From Tubulanus polymorphus (Eukaryota > Animalia > Nemertea), in NCBI RefSeq assembly GCF_964204645.1, contig NC_134034.1, positions 7,476,914-7,540,913 of the forward strand: a stretch of 64,000 nucleotides of DNA, read 5' to 3'. Positions within the stretch are counted from its first letter, which is position 1. The number at the start of each line of letters is the position of its first letter. Under the pieces are notes generated by a model. That model had not been told where the DNA came from, did no database searches, and saw nothing but the letters and a program-made list of their open reading frames with translations. Positions 48,247-59,973 of the stretch are shown here, piece by piece. A program made the position numbers and the translations under genes.

Positions 48247-48708
48247 ATATTCTAATTTCAATTTATTCTCTAAATGTGTTTTAGTTTTATTGTGTCTTGA
48301 TTTTTGGGATTTATCTATATTGATATTACATGTTGAACAGTAGTACTAATTTGCTTCCATTTTAATACTAAATTTTTTATTAAAATTGATTTTAGAAGTT
48401 ATTCATTTATATTTTATTCATATATATGAATATTTTAAGAGTAATAGGGAATATCTTGTTTCATATCAAAGGTCGAAAGGGCTAGTGAGTAAAAAATGAA
48501 AAATATGAAAATAATAATAATTTCTATTTGAATTAGGAGTGAAACTCATATAAAATGAAAAATAAATTCGAGTGTGCGAGAATTATTTTTCATTTTATAT
48601 GAGTTTCGCTACTAATTCAAATAGAAATTGTTATTATTTTCATATTTTTCATTTTTTATGAGCTCGACCTTTCGACCTTTGGTATGAAACAAGATATTCC
48701 CTATTACT
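48247..48708 (-). repeat. Right TIR of B (462 bp) including a 269-bp terminal palindrome (48440-48708)
   Basis: Arms pair around loop TTCGAGTGTGCGAGAA centred at ~48574. Confidence 0.93.
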
Positions 48709-49917
48709 CTGGTGAGTCCACTAGACCAGCCGTTGAGAGTCGAGACTGGCCAGTTTTCGCTAACCGTCAGGGCAGTATGCGGCACTGTCTTTTTGAAGCC
48801 ATAGTCTGGGGTCCTTCCCTGAAAATTTGTTCAATTTATTCTGAGGGCTTTTTGGCTATCTTTCTTTTCTGACATCTTTCATGAAAAGGGCTAATGGCTG
48901 AATCTGAATAACTTTCATAATCGGAGAATCCAATTTAAGATCATTCTTATCAATTATCATGGCCAGTTTTAAAACTGTTTATTGACAAAACTACAGGAAC
49001 CACATAAATAATAAATCTTCAGCAAAACACAACAGCTCTTACATTTGTAAAGATGAGAGATCCATGGAAATATCAAGTAACATTTTTTTAGACAGGGAAT
49101 TAGCGGAACACCGGAACGTTGCTTGTATGGTGCGTTTGCACCCGTCGCAAAAAACGTCGTGATAAACGAAATCAGCTGGACTAGGGCCAGGAGCTGAGAG
49201 TGATACAATGGAACTCCATTCTGATATTTAATGAATAATTCATTCACTAAATTTATGTTATCTTTAGTATTTTTAATTCATGTCCATGTTTCAATTCATT
49301 CGTTGAAATCATAGTACACTAAACAGATTCCGCGTGTGTCGGACTTTTTTTTAAACTCTTTGGTAATCGGCATTCGTAATATACATACATCTATCATTCT
49401 TCATCGAAAACCCTAGATCGAACGCGAAGTTTAAACCCTTGACTAGCGCGATTCTTAGCACCACCAATTTGAAGGGGCCATGGCTAACTCTTTTTGAGGG
49501 ATTTTTGTACACTCAAAAATGGATTTTGGAATTTGAGGCGTTTTTGGTGGATTTAGGGGCTGTAGCCCCGTATTTGGAGCCAACTCGAATCACCGGACCA
49601 TCGGTGTCTCACACTAAGAGTGGCCCACTGACCGTAGCGAGAGGCCGGTCCCCGGTAGCGGTTGATCGAATATTTTTCGTTTCAAATGAAACGTTTTTCG
49701 CATATCGATATTCATAGTTAATGTATACGCCACTGCCTGCGCTCGTGTCGTAGTATACGCCGATGTTGAAAAATATACACTGCGGTGGCGCTAGCGGGTG
49801 GACACCCGTACTATAAAACAAGTCGTATCTCGTATGTCATATGTCGTATCTCGTATGTTGCATCTCATATCTCGTATGTTATATCTCATATCTCGTCTGA
49901 GGTCTTCCATAGAATAT

Positions 49918-50360
49918 CGGTTCTATGAACACCTGTTTCGAAGCTATCCCAAAAACTGCTCCACTCCAAAAACGTTACCAGAAAATTTCGGAAGTTGTAA
50001 AACTGGTAGTTTAATTGGCAAAGTTCTGGGATTTGTTGAACTGAACGAGGGCTGTAAACTTTCACCTTTACCATTTGTATACTGCAAAACTTTGCATTTA
50101 GTTTCAGCGACGGAACGTGCATAGTCGTCGTGTGTCATGAATTCTTTCTCAATTTCATCGTCTCCGGCGAGGAGTGATACAATTTCGTAGTGGCACGATG
50201 TTAATTCTGATAATTTTTCGTCGACATATTTTGAATGATCAATGAGTGCCTGGTAATCGGTCGTGCAGGCAGATATCAAAGCGTTAATGTCATTCACGTA
50301 CCTTGTTATGACCGAACGTAACCCACGACGAGTTCCAGTAAATCTCATCAAATCCTCCAT
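49918..50360 (-). pseudogene. Bel2 gag N-terminus
   Basis: KLPVLQLPKFSGN...W..FWDSF motif; continues across the GAATAT TSD into 28263. Confidence 0.85.
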
Positions 50361-50789
50361 GATTCTTTTCTTAGGCTCCGAGGGACCAATTTTATGTCAG
50401 GAAGACATAAATAATAATACAATATAATTCGTGGCGGGAAAATATTCCCGACACTAACATATCGGGATCCCTGTGGTTTCTATCACTCAGCCTTACGAGT
50501 AATTGAGGTCTACGACTACTGCATTCAAGAGTGAATAATATACCATCAACTGGACATTCATTAAAGGATATAAAATTCAAATTTTTATAATTTTACAAAA
50601 TCCTTTCTTGAATTTTTGAAGTTTTGAAGTTCTTAATATACTAAAGTCAAGTAGAAGTATGGTAAAATAGAAGGTACCGGTACCATGTACGGCGGTAGTA
50701 ACACAGACTACTCTGTACTGCGCATAACTATCAAAATCAATCAGGCTGAGGGTCTATGACATTTCAGACGTAGTCTAACACCTATTTTA

Positions 50790-51174
50790 TTTATTGAATT
50801 ATCTGACTTCATTTTTATTTTATTAGAACTATTACTTTTTAAAAATTTAATATCAAATCCAGCATCACTACCTAATTGGACTCGAGCTCTTCTATTAATT
50901 TCTTGCGCTAATGTTTCTAAATTATATAATCCTATAATCCTGGTGTTAGAATAAGACTAACCCATTTTTGTACTTTTAATATAAACTGCAGAGACTCCAT
51001 GTTCAATAGTTTTATTCGATATATTGTAAAATGAGTTACATAAACTTATATATACTAATTTTAAATCTACACAATTTTCAAATTCTCTATCTAATTGTAC
51101 TAGTAAATTATGTGATTTATAATTTGTAACTTTTCTGGAATCAACAAATATTCTATATTTTTTAATTCAACCAT
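50790..51174 (-). pseudogene. Penton-like gene fragment of old Polinton D
   Basis: MVELK..RIFVDSRKVTNYKSHNLLVQLDREF matches 33725. Confidence 0.75.
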
Positions 51175-51229
51175 TATCTTTAACACAAAAAATTACCTCG
51201 AACAACTAAAAAATAATTTTAATAAACTT

Positions 51230-52470
51230 TTCCCTTAATAAATAGAAGAGAAGATACCATGCGAAATTTGTGGTAAATTGCAAGCTAAAAGTCACATAGC
51301 TAGACATATGAATAAACATGGTGAAAATTATAAACCCAACAAAATAAACTGCCCAAATTGTAATACAACATTCTCTAGAAATTATTTCAAAAAACATTCA
51401 GAGAAGTGTAAAAACAACGACTTAATAGTTAATGTTGATAGTAACGAAAGTAATAATAACTCTGTTGAAGTTGAACCTGAAATTATTTGGAAAAAAACCT
51501 TTCTTTTTCTATTATCAGAATAATATAAAAGATCATTTCTGTGAGCATTGTCGAATAAAATATTGAAACATAAATTTGAAAAAGAATTTGATGAAAGAAA
51601 AAAATAATCTATTAGAAAAAATAAAATAAGAGAAAACGTTACCAGATAATAAAGAAACACTTGAAAAGTTCGAAAAACAATATAATGAATTAGCAAGAAA
51701 AACATATTATTGTAAATATTGTACCTTGATTATTACAACAAGTAATTCAAATCTACATAATAAAACATAAAGAAAACGTAGGAAAATACCAAGAACTTAA
51801 CGAACATCTATCACCAAGATTTGATAGAAAAAATGCCCACAATGTATTTATGAGTACTTAAGACAAGAAGATTCTGTGGTATTTTGTAATGAATGTGGAT
51901 GGCAAATGAATTTATGGGGTGACGAAAAAATTAAAGATTTTCTCATACAGCCAAAATTAAAATATCTAGATGAAATTTTTAAAATATTTTCTATAGAAGA
52001 TCATACACCAGAATATAAGCAATGGCTTGAAAAAATGAAAATGATAGAAAATAAAAATGGTAAAATAACTATGAAATATATAATAAAAAGAATTATTCCG
52101 TCAACATGTAACACAAAAGAAAAGAAAATGTATTTATATTTATTATTTAACGATTATCATAAAAAACCTAAATTAACAGAAGAAGATATGGAAAATATAA
52201 AAGAAATATATCAAAATATCATGCGGTTAATAAAATAACAGATTCAATTAATTATGAATTCTTTTTGAATAAGATTGTAAATTTTTTAAACATCGATATA
52301 ATAATTCCATTTGATGAATTAACTAACAAAAAGAAACAAAAAGAGAGCGAGATGAAATGTGGTACAATATAGACCTTTATTTAAATGAGAAAAATGAAAT
52401 GGAAGAACCTTAACAATTCAATGAAAATGAAGAAGCCAATAGTGATTTCGAATATGATGATATTGATTTT
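51230..52470 (+). pseudogene. Decayed zinc-finger accessory ORFs of Polinton D
   Basis: CEIC..H...H, CPNC, CEHC and CNEC motifs in AT-rich broken frames. Confidence 0.5.
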
Positions 52471-52475
52471 ATGTT

Positions 52476-53230
52476 TTAATAACCATAAGGTAATGTTTTT
52501 ATTCCATCATCCAAAATATATCTTTTATTGTCGAATGGATTTAAGCTAGTTTTTTCAACTTCATTAATGTACATCTCGTGATCTTCTGATCTTAAATAAT
52601 TCATTTTATGTTTCATTACTATTGTGTTATATAAATACTTTATATGATCTTGAAATTCTATATGTTTATCAACCACATGCTTTGTTATTCCTTTTAACTT
52701 TTTTGCTTCGCGATCTTTTGTTCTGTGACTATACATTTTACTTCTTATCCCAACAAATTCAATCATTTCATCACCTCCTAATTCATCTTTAAATTTACCA
52801 GGAATTTTCTTATTTTCATTGCTAAATAATTCACGATCTTTTGGATAATTGCTTAAGTCAAAATGATGTTTTAATGTTTTTAAGTCTTTTGTTATGTCAT
52901 TAGTCTTGATTTTTAGTATGTAACTGTCGGTATTTTTCTTGGATTAATGGATTTGGATTAATAATTTAGATTATTTTTTAATAATTCTTGTTTTAAACTT
53001 TTGATTCTTTTTTAATAATTCTTGTTTTAAACTTTATATTTTCAGGATAATCTAAATCAACTACAAAGCAATAACGAATTGGAGCATCATCTTCTAAACT
53101 CATAATTGCGCTTTCCCAAATAGTTTTATCATCATTTTCAACCTCTGTTAATATATAATTTTTATATGGTTGGGGTTGCATCATTGCCCAACCATATAAA
53201 TTATTGGCGTCAATATATGATAATTTATAA
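52476..53230 (-). pseudogene. pPolB fragments of Polinton D
   Basis: YIDANNLYGWAM, DSY, PGKFKDE and SLNPFDNKRY motifs; internal deletion. Confidence 0.88.
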
Positions 53231-53734
53231 AGGCACTGTCGAGCCGTAAACATCGGAAATTTGGCTCCGTTCAATTAGTAGCCATGTTGTGTTTTCTTTC
53301 CGACATTTCTCTCTTCTTTTTGAGGAAGAGCTATCGAATCATTTCCTCTCTTCTCCACAATCAATTTCAAAGTCAATTTTATGAATTCATCGCAGAAAAG
53401 TATCAGGTGATTATCGATAGCCTACTACGGAAAACACAGTTGACAAACAGTGTTAGGCCTGTGCCGGTTGGTGCGTACTGGGACTAAATATACTGTTTGG
53501 TCAGTTGGTTCGGTTGTGAAGTGTGGAATCTAAGGAAGCCTACCGGGGTATGCCTGCAGTTTAGGTGGCTCAGAGGAGCATGTTTATTAGGTAAAATCAT
53601 GGAAATGGAGAATGTTGATTTTGTGACACATAAATAAAGTCTCATTGTCATTGAATTGAATTTAGCTTATTAGCGCCACAAAATCGTGTACATAGACTAG
53701 TAAGTGTAACTCTGCCTGATACCTTACTGTGTTA

Positions 53735-53921
53735 TAGTAGACTTTGATTTTAGTGTAGACATCGTGGACAGCGTCAGCGTGAATAGGTGTATGTAATGGG
53801 GCTAAAGTAGACTTTGATATTAGTGTAGACATCGTGGACAGCGTCAGCGTGAATGGGTGTATGTACGGGGCTATAGTACACTTTGATTTTAGTGTAGACA
53901 TCGTGGACAGCGTCAGCGTGA
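53735..53921. repeat. Tandem repeat, 69-70 bp unit x ~2.7
   Basis: ACTTTGATWTTAGTGTAGACATCGTGGACAGCGTCAGCGTGA at 53741, 53811 and 53880. Confidence 0.9.
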
Positions 53922-54313
53922 TCGAACGGTCAGTGTACTGTACTGGGTTATAGAAGACCGCTTCTGTCATCTTCGACTCACTGACCATTTGTCGATAACC
54001 CACTAATTTTTTACAGCAGGATCGTGTGTTGTAGAACCCTTACTGTGGTCAAAGTTGTAGGTCGAAGGATATTCCGTGTAAGGTATAGAATAAACCAGTT
54101 GTAACATAACATTCGAACTTCCCCTTCCGTACTGTACTTTGTAATTTATGTAAGAACACTTATCGAAATTTCGTTGCATGATTTCAGTTCCGAATGTCAT
54201 CAGGGGATTAACAGTTATAGAAACCACTGTCAAAGAATGGACAAGTTGCCTTTTAACAATCAAGTGCACATATTTATTTTGAAGTAAAAATTAGAAAATA
54301 GCTATATACATCG

Positions 54314-56265
54314 TTATCTTTTCTTTTTAGAAGCTCCTCCAACGGCAGCGCTCGCTTTCTGGCGTTTCTGCCTGTGCCGGGTTCCACAGCTGGATGAAGG
54401 TTGTGGTTCGACGGTTTGGGTCGGTTGCGGGTCCTGGGTTTCCTTCCGTTCTTCCAGAGGTTGTTTAACATCCTGCGTAACTTCATTTCCGTACAAATCG
54501 GCTAATAAATGCGCATGCGGATGGTGCGCTGTAGCGATTTGTTTTAGTGATTGCTCAGTATTTCCGAAGTTGTTGAAACGTTCTCTGTACCGATCGTGGT
54601 TAAAGTTTGTATTTAATACAGCGGCGTGGGTAGCATCGAAACTGTCGGGGTGTGGCTTGTAGAATACCTCGCGAAATGTTCGGCCGCGTTTTAACCTTAC
54701 CCACTTCCCAAAGCACATCTGTTCACACATGATCGACAATTTGACTGCAATGAGAAAGGTATTTAACATGAATATTAACAGAATCTATTCTGAATTGATT
54801 AGCATGGTGTATGAAAACATTTGCTTACTTTTAAGTGTGAGCGCTGTACTACCTCGAATTCTCTTCTGTATAGCTCTTACAGGTATAATCGGGCCGTCAC
54901 TTTCCAAAATGACATTAACCACCTTCTGTTGGTATGTAAAAACACGAGGTGCATTGATGGTGGCCTTGGAAAGGGAAGATACTGCCTGAAAGTAAATGAA
55001 ACTGTTAGTTTAGCAACTTAAAAAATCACTGACAACAAAAAGGTGCATACATATTTGTGTGAGTATATACCTCTGTGAACACTGCCTTTTGCTTTATAGA
55101 CCCGTGCAGTAATGACGTTGCAACGCTCCACATCTGTTCATTAATGACTAGTGGAATGTCAACTCCAGTTTGTGCCGAACAAAACACATGAAGCACTGCT
55201 GCAAGTTTAACCACGTGCATCGGGTCTTTCGTGGACATCAGCGATGCCTCCATTTTCGGAGTTTCCGTTTCAGTATCTACACCGTCTGAAATAATGTAAC
55301 GTAACACGTTAGATTGCCTGCAAATTGTATCAATAAATAACGTGAACTGTCATTAAAGAAAGAATTGTACTTACCGTCTGATGAGTCGAATGCATATTTA
55401 GCAGCCATATATGCAGCAAAGTTGTTTTTGAGGGTAGTGTACATTGTCGATGCTGCTGCATCGAGGGTGTAAACCCTCGGCCGGCTGTGTGTATTGTATA
55501 TCATATCGTATATATCATTAATAACATCAGCTTTATAAAGAGCAGCGTTTTCGTTGTTTATTTCGGCCGCAAAATATTTTGGCTTGCACACTATGCAAAT
55601 CAACCGGTCATAAAAACAATCTGCCGTTCCTTGAATCTGCACCAATTCAGTCAGATAAGTGTCTGGTTGAGTTATGATGTGCATGGAGATTTGTCAAATC
55701 CACGTTGTCCTGATGATAGATTAACGGTATCTCCTTCGCCCCCTCCCCATAGTTTACAAAGTAGAGCTTGCTCAGACTCCCCTTTGCTTTGTTTTTGGTT
55801 GATTGCTTTAAGGATTCGTCCTCCTTCGTCTGATGTAGTAAAGCCATAACCGCCGGAACGCTGTTGGTGACTGTGAATACCTGTATTAAGAAAATATATA
55901 CACATCATAAATGAATACAAGATCCATCGAATCGTTCGATACTGTGCGAACATGCTGCATTCACCAATTTACCTGCTGTAGAGTACGTCTCGATTTGCAG
56001 ACTCGTGTTTCACAGCTTGAAAAGTATTAAATGCCGGTTTCATTAACTTGTCGAAGGCAATACTTTTGCCCGCCCCCGATGCTGCAACTGTTGTCATATA
56101 TATATTCGGTGACGTCGACAGGTGTGGTCCAACTTCAATCGTTGTATTGGGCCCCATTAATGCAGCTGTGGCGGATATAATTACCGACAAACTTAATGCC
56201 TTGCTGACGTTAAAAGCCCGTTCGAAAACTTCTAGAAAGTGCAGAGTTTCATCCGGCAGAGTGTC
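54314..56265 (-). pseudogene. DUF3987/YfjI-like P-loop ATPase/helicase with probable C-terminal winged helix; four introns; 5' end cut by Polinton C
   Basis: PNIY..VAASGAGKS Walker A, TSDEG Walker B, LCKLW.G, TQP, FYDRL and KLAAVLH motifs. GT-AG introns at 55881-55972, 55286-55374, 54986-55070 and 54745-54828. About two frameshifts. Confidence 0.72.
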
Positions 56266-56534
56266 AGTAATAGGGAATATCTTGTTTCATACCAAAGGTC
56301 GAAAGGTCGAGCTCATAAAAAATGAAAAATATGAAAATAATAACAATTTCTATTTGAATTAGTAGCGAAACTCATATAAAATGAAAAATAATTCTCGCAC
56401 ACTCGAATTTATTTTTCATTTTATATGAGTTTCACTCCTAATTCAAATAGAAATTATTATTATTTTCATATTTTTCATTTTTTACTCACTAGCCCTTTCA
56501 ACCTTTGATATGAAACAAGATATTCCCTATTACT
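56266..56534. repeat. 269-bp terminal palindrome of C
   Basis: One visible difference from the reverse complement of 48440-48708. Confidence 0.93.
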
Positions 56535-56622
56535 CTTAAAATATTCATATATATGAATAAAATATAAATGAATAACTTCTAAAATCAATTTTAATAAAAA
56601 TTTTAGTATTAAAATGGAAGCA

Positions 56623-58862
56623 AACAAGAGCCCCAAGGGGCACAATGGCCAGCCTGTCAGATTTGCTTTTTATAAATGATGTAATCTGTGGGTTATATTT
56701 ATCAATATACACTCCCTGCTCAATATCATTTACATAGTAAAATCGTGTGTTAACACAGACAGCAGGAACGAATGTAATATAGAAATACTAAGTTATTGTA
56801 TTGTTCAACGCCCCCTGGTGGCCATAAAAAAAACCAATGAGCTTGAAACTCACCTCGATATCATAGAACATGTCATGAGCTACAACTTTCCAATTGATTA
56901 TAGTAGCAAAATATGCTTAAGTATCAATTATGATGTGGAAAAACTTTTTTTCCACCTACGAATTAGTACTGATGACCCCAAGATGGCTGCCAAGTGCGTC
57001 ATAATTGCCTGGTCAAAAATACCCTCTCGGATTTAAAAGATCCCTTTCCAAAGAATACCCATTACAAATTTCAATGAAACATGGCGCACCATTAGAAAGC
57101 TACAGTACTCAGAATTCAGGCCAAAATTGACATTTTTGGGAACAAAAAAGGTCACAGTACGGCCATCTCGAGTCCGATCGACTCAATTTTTCTCATGCCG
57201 ATGGGCCCTCGGGGGATACAAATATATACGAATGATCAAGGTTATTGATAAAAGTGTCTTCAAAATTTCCCTCGAAAACTTCAAAAATTTGTAAAAAGTG
57301 CTGATTTTGGCGAACAACAATGGCTGCCAGTCGGCCATCTTGAATCTGACAGGGCCAGTTTTTGGCCTGAAGATGTGTCTAGGGTAGATACACGTATAAA
57401 ACAAATATCAAGACATTACCTTGAAGCGTCTTCAAAACTTTGGAACTCTCACGAACTATCTAGATGGTTATCTCTCGACCTCAATAGCTTCAAGACCCAT
57501 CTCAAAACAACTTTGTTCCATGCAGCATACCATTAACTCTCGGAAAGCGAATTGTATTTAACATTTTTTGGCAGAATAAAATTTGATTGAATTTGCAATT
57601 CGGGCACATGGCTAATTAGCATATCAAGGTCATACACCCGATTTGGTAAAACCTTTTTTTCGCGAACCTTGCGCAATTGTCAAGGATGAATTTTCTGTAG
57701 AGCAAATAAAAATTCCTCCCAAACACCAAATCAACTAAAGACTTCATAGAAATCGATCTTGAAATACAATTTTAAATCTTAAAATAAAACCCGGAAGTAA
57801 AACAGTAGACGATACCGCGGATTCACGTGAACACCTGATTTCTGTAAACGAAATGTTGGTTGTGACAAAATTGTTCAGACGGTTTTAGGTGGTAATAAGT
57901 ACGGAAACGTAACGACCATGGTCGACTTATTCGATGAACTCAGGCCTATGTGATATCCAAATTTTGACTTTTTTATTCTCCAGACCTCCCTGATATAGAA
58001 ATAAAAAATTTTGGTGGTACGAAAGTGCAATCACAGCGCCGACGGGGACAGAGCCGTGTCAGAGATCGGCGGAGTGAAAATTGAGGTGGACGAACACGAA
58101 GAAGTAGGCTATTGCGCTACTTGAATCACGAAAACTCCTGGCGCGGCCCCGACGCTTTTCGTTGATTAAGTAATACAAATATCATGCAATGGGTTTTCAC
58201 AATCTACCGCTGGTATTTACCGGATTTCAATATCACTCCAAAATTCAAAGAAACCTCGAAATATCGAACCGGAACACTTCCGGTAGATATCCGCGGCTGC
58301 CCAACCGGGAAACTTATTTGTTTCAATAGATATTGATAGGATCCATCATTTTCACCCGTCAAGGGATTCGAACCCACTAAGCTAAAGCCATGCCAGAATC
58401 GGGTCGGGCCAATCACAGCGCTTGTAACAAACCACATTAGGCTTCTGTGGAATTTCCCAGTAAATGGGCCAATCAGCGAACACGTAGCGAACGCGGAAGT
58501 ATTGTCGCGTGTTGATACATGACGTCATGCGCAAAAGCGCCAGTAATGAAATCGCGATAATTCACGTGAACAGCTGCTGATATTTTCGGATAAACCAATC
58601 ACAGGGAAGACACAACTTCCTGATTGGCTGATAAAAATTGAAATTTTCCCGATTTAACTTTCGTGAAAAATGCAGAAAACATTTTTATGAGACCCTATTT
58701 CAAAATTCTGCTCGCTACGATTCCGAGAATGGATTACGCTTAAATACGTGATTTGTTCGAATATGCCCTCACTTGGCAAGCAAAAGAGCCTTTTGTGTGG
58801 AAACCATGTCATTTAAATTCGCTCCATTTGTATAGTAATAGGCTCAGCCTACGGCTGGCCTA
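56623..58862 (-). mobile_element. Non-autonomous Helentron/HINE inserted in the TIR ORF of C
   Basis: Minus strand: 5' TAGGCCAGCCGTAGGCTGAGCCTA hairpin, 3' subTIR GGCTGGCC, stem-loop GCCCC-TT-GGGGC and TCTTGTT end. Removing it restores ATGGAAGCAAATAAGTAC; no TSD. Confidence 0.75.
57436..57595 (+). mobile_element. 3' end fragment of a CR1/L2-type LINE
   Basis: LWNS...SFKTHLKTTLF..AYH* followed by a short UTR, AATAAA and a TTGA-like tail. Confidence 0.6.
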
Positions 58863-59315
58863 ATAAGTACTACTGTCCAACATGTAATATCAATATAGAT
58901 AAATCCCAAAAAAGCAAGACACAATAAAACTAAAACACATTTAGAGAATAAATTGAAACTAGAATATTTACAGTTATATTCAGAACAGTTAACAAAGGCA
59001 AAGAAATTTATTGATCAATGGAACAATGATCCAAATAATGAACAATACGTTGAGGAATTTGATATCAAGGATATGATTTAGATATTTCATGTCGGTTGTT
59101 TCTATTTACAAAATTATATATAATTATGATTAGCGCATGCGCATTAAGCAAAACCGCGCACGAATGCGCGGTTTTGCCCAGTGGTATTATTTAGATATAA
59201 AGGAATCGAAACAATTTATCAAAAGCAGCGAGGAATGAAAAAGGATGACGTTGGTTGAAGAAATGGAAGAGGATTCTAAAATATTAACCAATTTAGTAAA
59301 AAATACGTATAATAA

Positions 59316-59973
59316 ATGGAATCAGAACAACCACAAATTATCAATATTACAAATAACACTGGTGTTATAAATATATATTACAAGAAGTGTTCTAAATGTG
59401 AATTAGATAAATTAGCTTTAACAGAATTTAGTAAGCGTAAGATTAGCAAAGATGGTTTTCAATATTGCTGTAAAACTATATACCAAACAATACCGAGAAG
59501 ATAATAGAGAAGCTTACAATGATTATATGACAGAATATATGAGAGTAAGATATCAAACAGATCTTAATTTTAGATTGAAACAATGTTTAAGATCTAGATT
59601 AACACAATTATTCAACAAAGAAACGCATTCAGAAACACTATCTAATCTATTGGGTTGTACAGATGAATTCTTAAAATCATGGATTATATATCAATTCGAT
59701 GATAAAATGAATATAGATAATTATGGTGAATACTTTCATATTGATCACGTGTTGCCGATTTCTAAATTTGACATGAATGATGAATACAATAAAAAACTTA
59801 TTTGGAATTGGAAGAATCTAAGACCTTTAGAAAAGAAGGAAAACATAATTAAATCCAATAAACTAGATTTACAGTTATATTTAGATCAACTGGATAAAGC
59901 AAAGACATTTGTTGAATTATGGAATAGTATTTCACAGAATCAACCGCATTCTGAGGTTTTGATCAGTGGTTAG
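59316..59973 (+). pseudogene. HNH endonuclease, copy C
   Basis: Two overlapping ORFs; FHIDHVLP...NLRPL..KEN motif. Confidence 0.85.

Larger units (their letters stand above)
29027..48708 (+). mobile_element. Full-length Polinton/Maverick copy B (19,682 bp)
   Basis: AG...CT termini, long TIRs, 6-bp TSD CTGGTG (29021-29026, 48709-48714); encodes pPolB, penton, MCP, ATPase and integrase. Confidence 0.97.
28270..49911. mobile_element. Non-autonomous DNA transposon, IS3EU-like, split by Polinton B
   Basis: ~150-bp TIRs starting TATGGAAGACC, with internal ACGAGAT/ATGAGAT repeats. 6-bp TSD GAATAT at 28264-28269 and 49912-49917. TAYGG ends with a 6-bp TSD fit IS3EU. Confidence 0.75.
24988..50453 (-). 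mobile_element. Bel/Pao LTR retrotransposon (Bel2), RT/RNase H deleted, split by IS3EU-like element and Polinton B
   Basis: LTRs TGTCAGGAAG...TTCCCGACA at 24988-25212 and 50395-50453 (internally deleted). TSD CTAAC at 24983-24987 and 50454-50458. PBS TGGTCCCTCGGAGCC at 50374-50388. Confidence 0.9.

Noticed and set aside
58352-58380. tRNA T-arm/B-box (GGTTCGAATCC, minus strand)
   Set aside because: No cloverleaf or A-box could be built; at most a SINE scrap.
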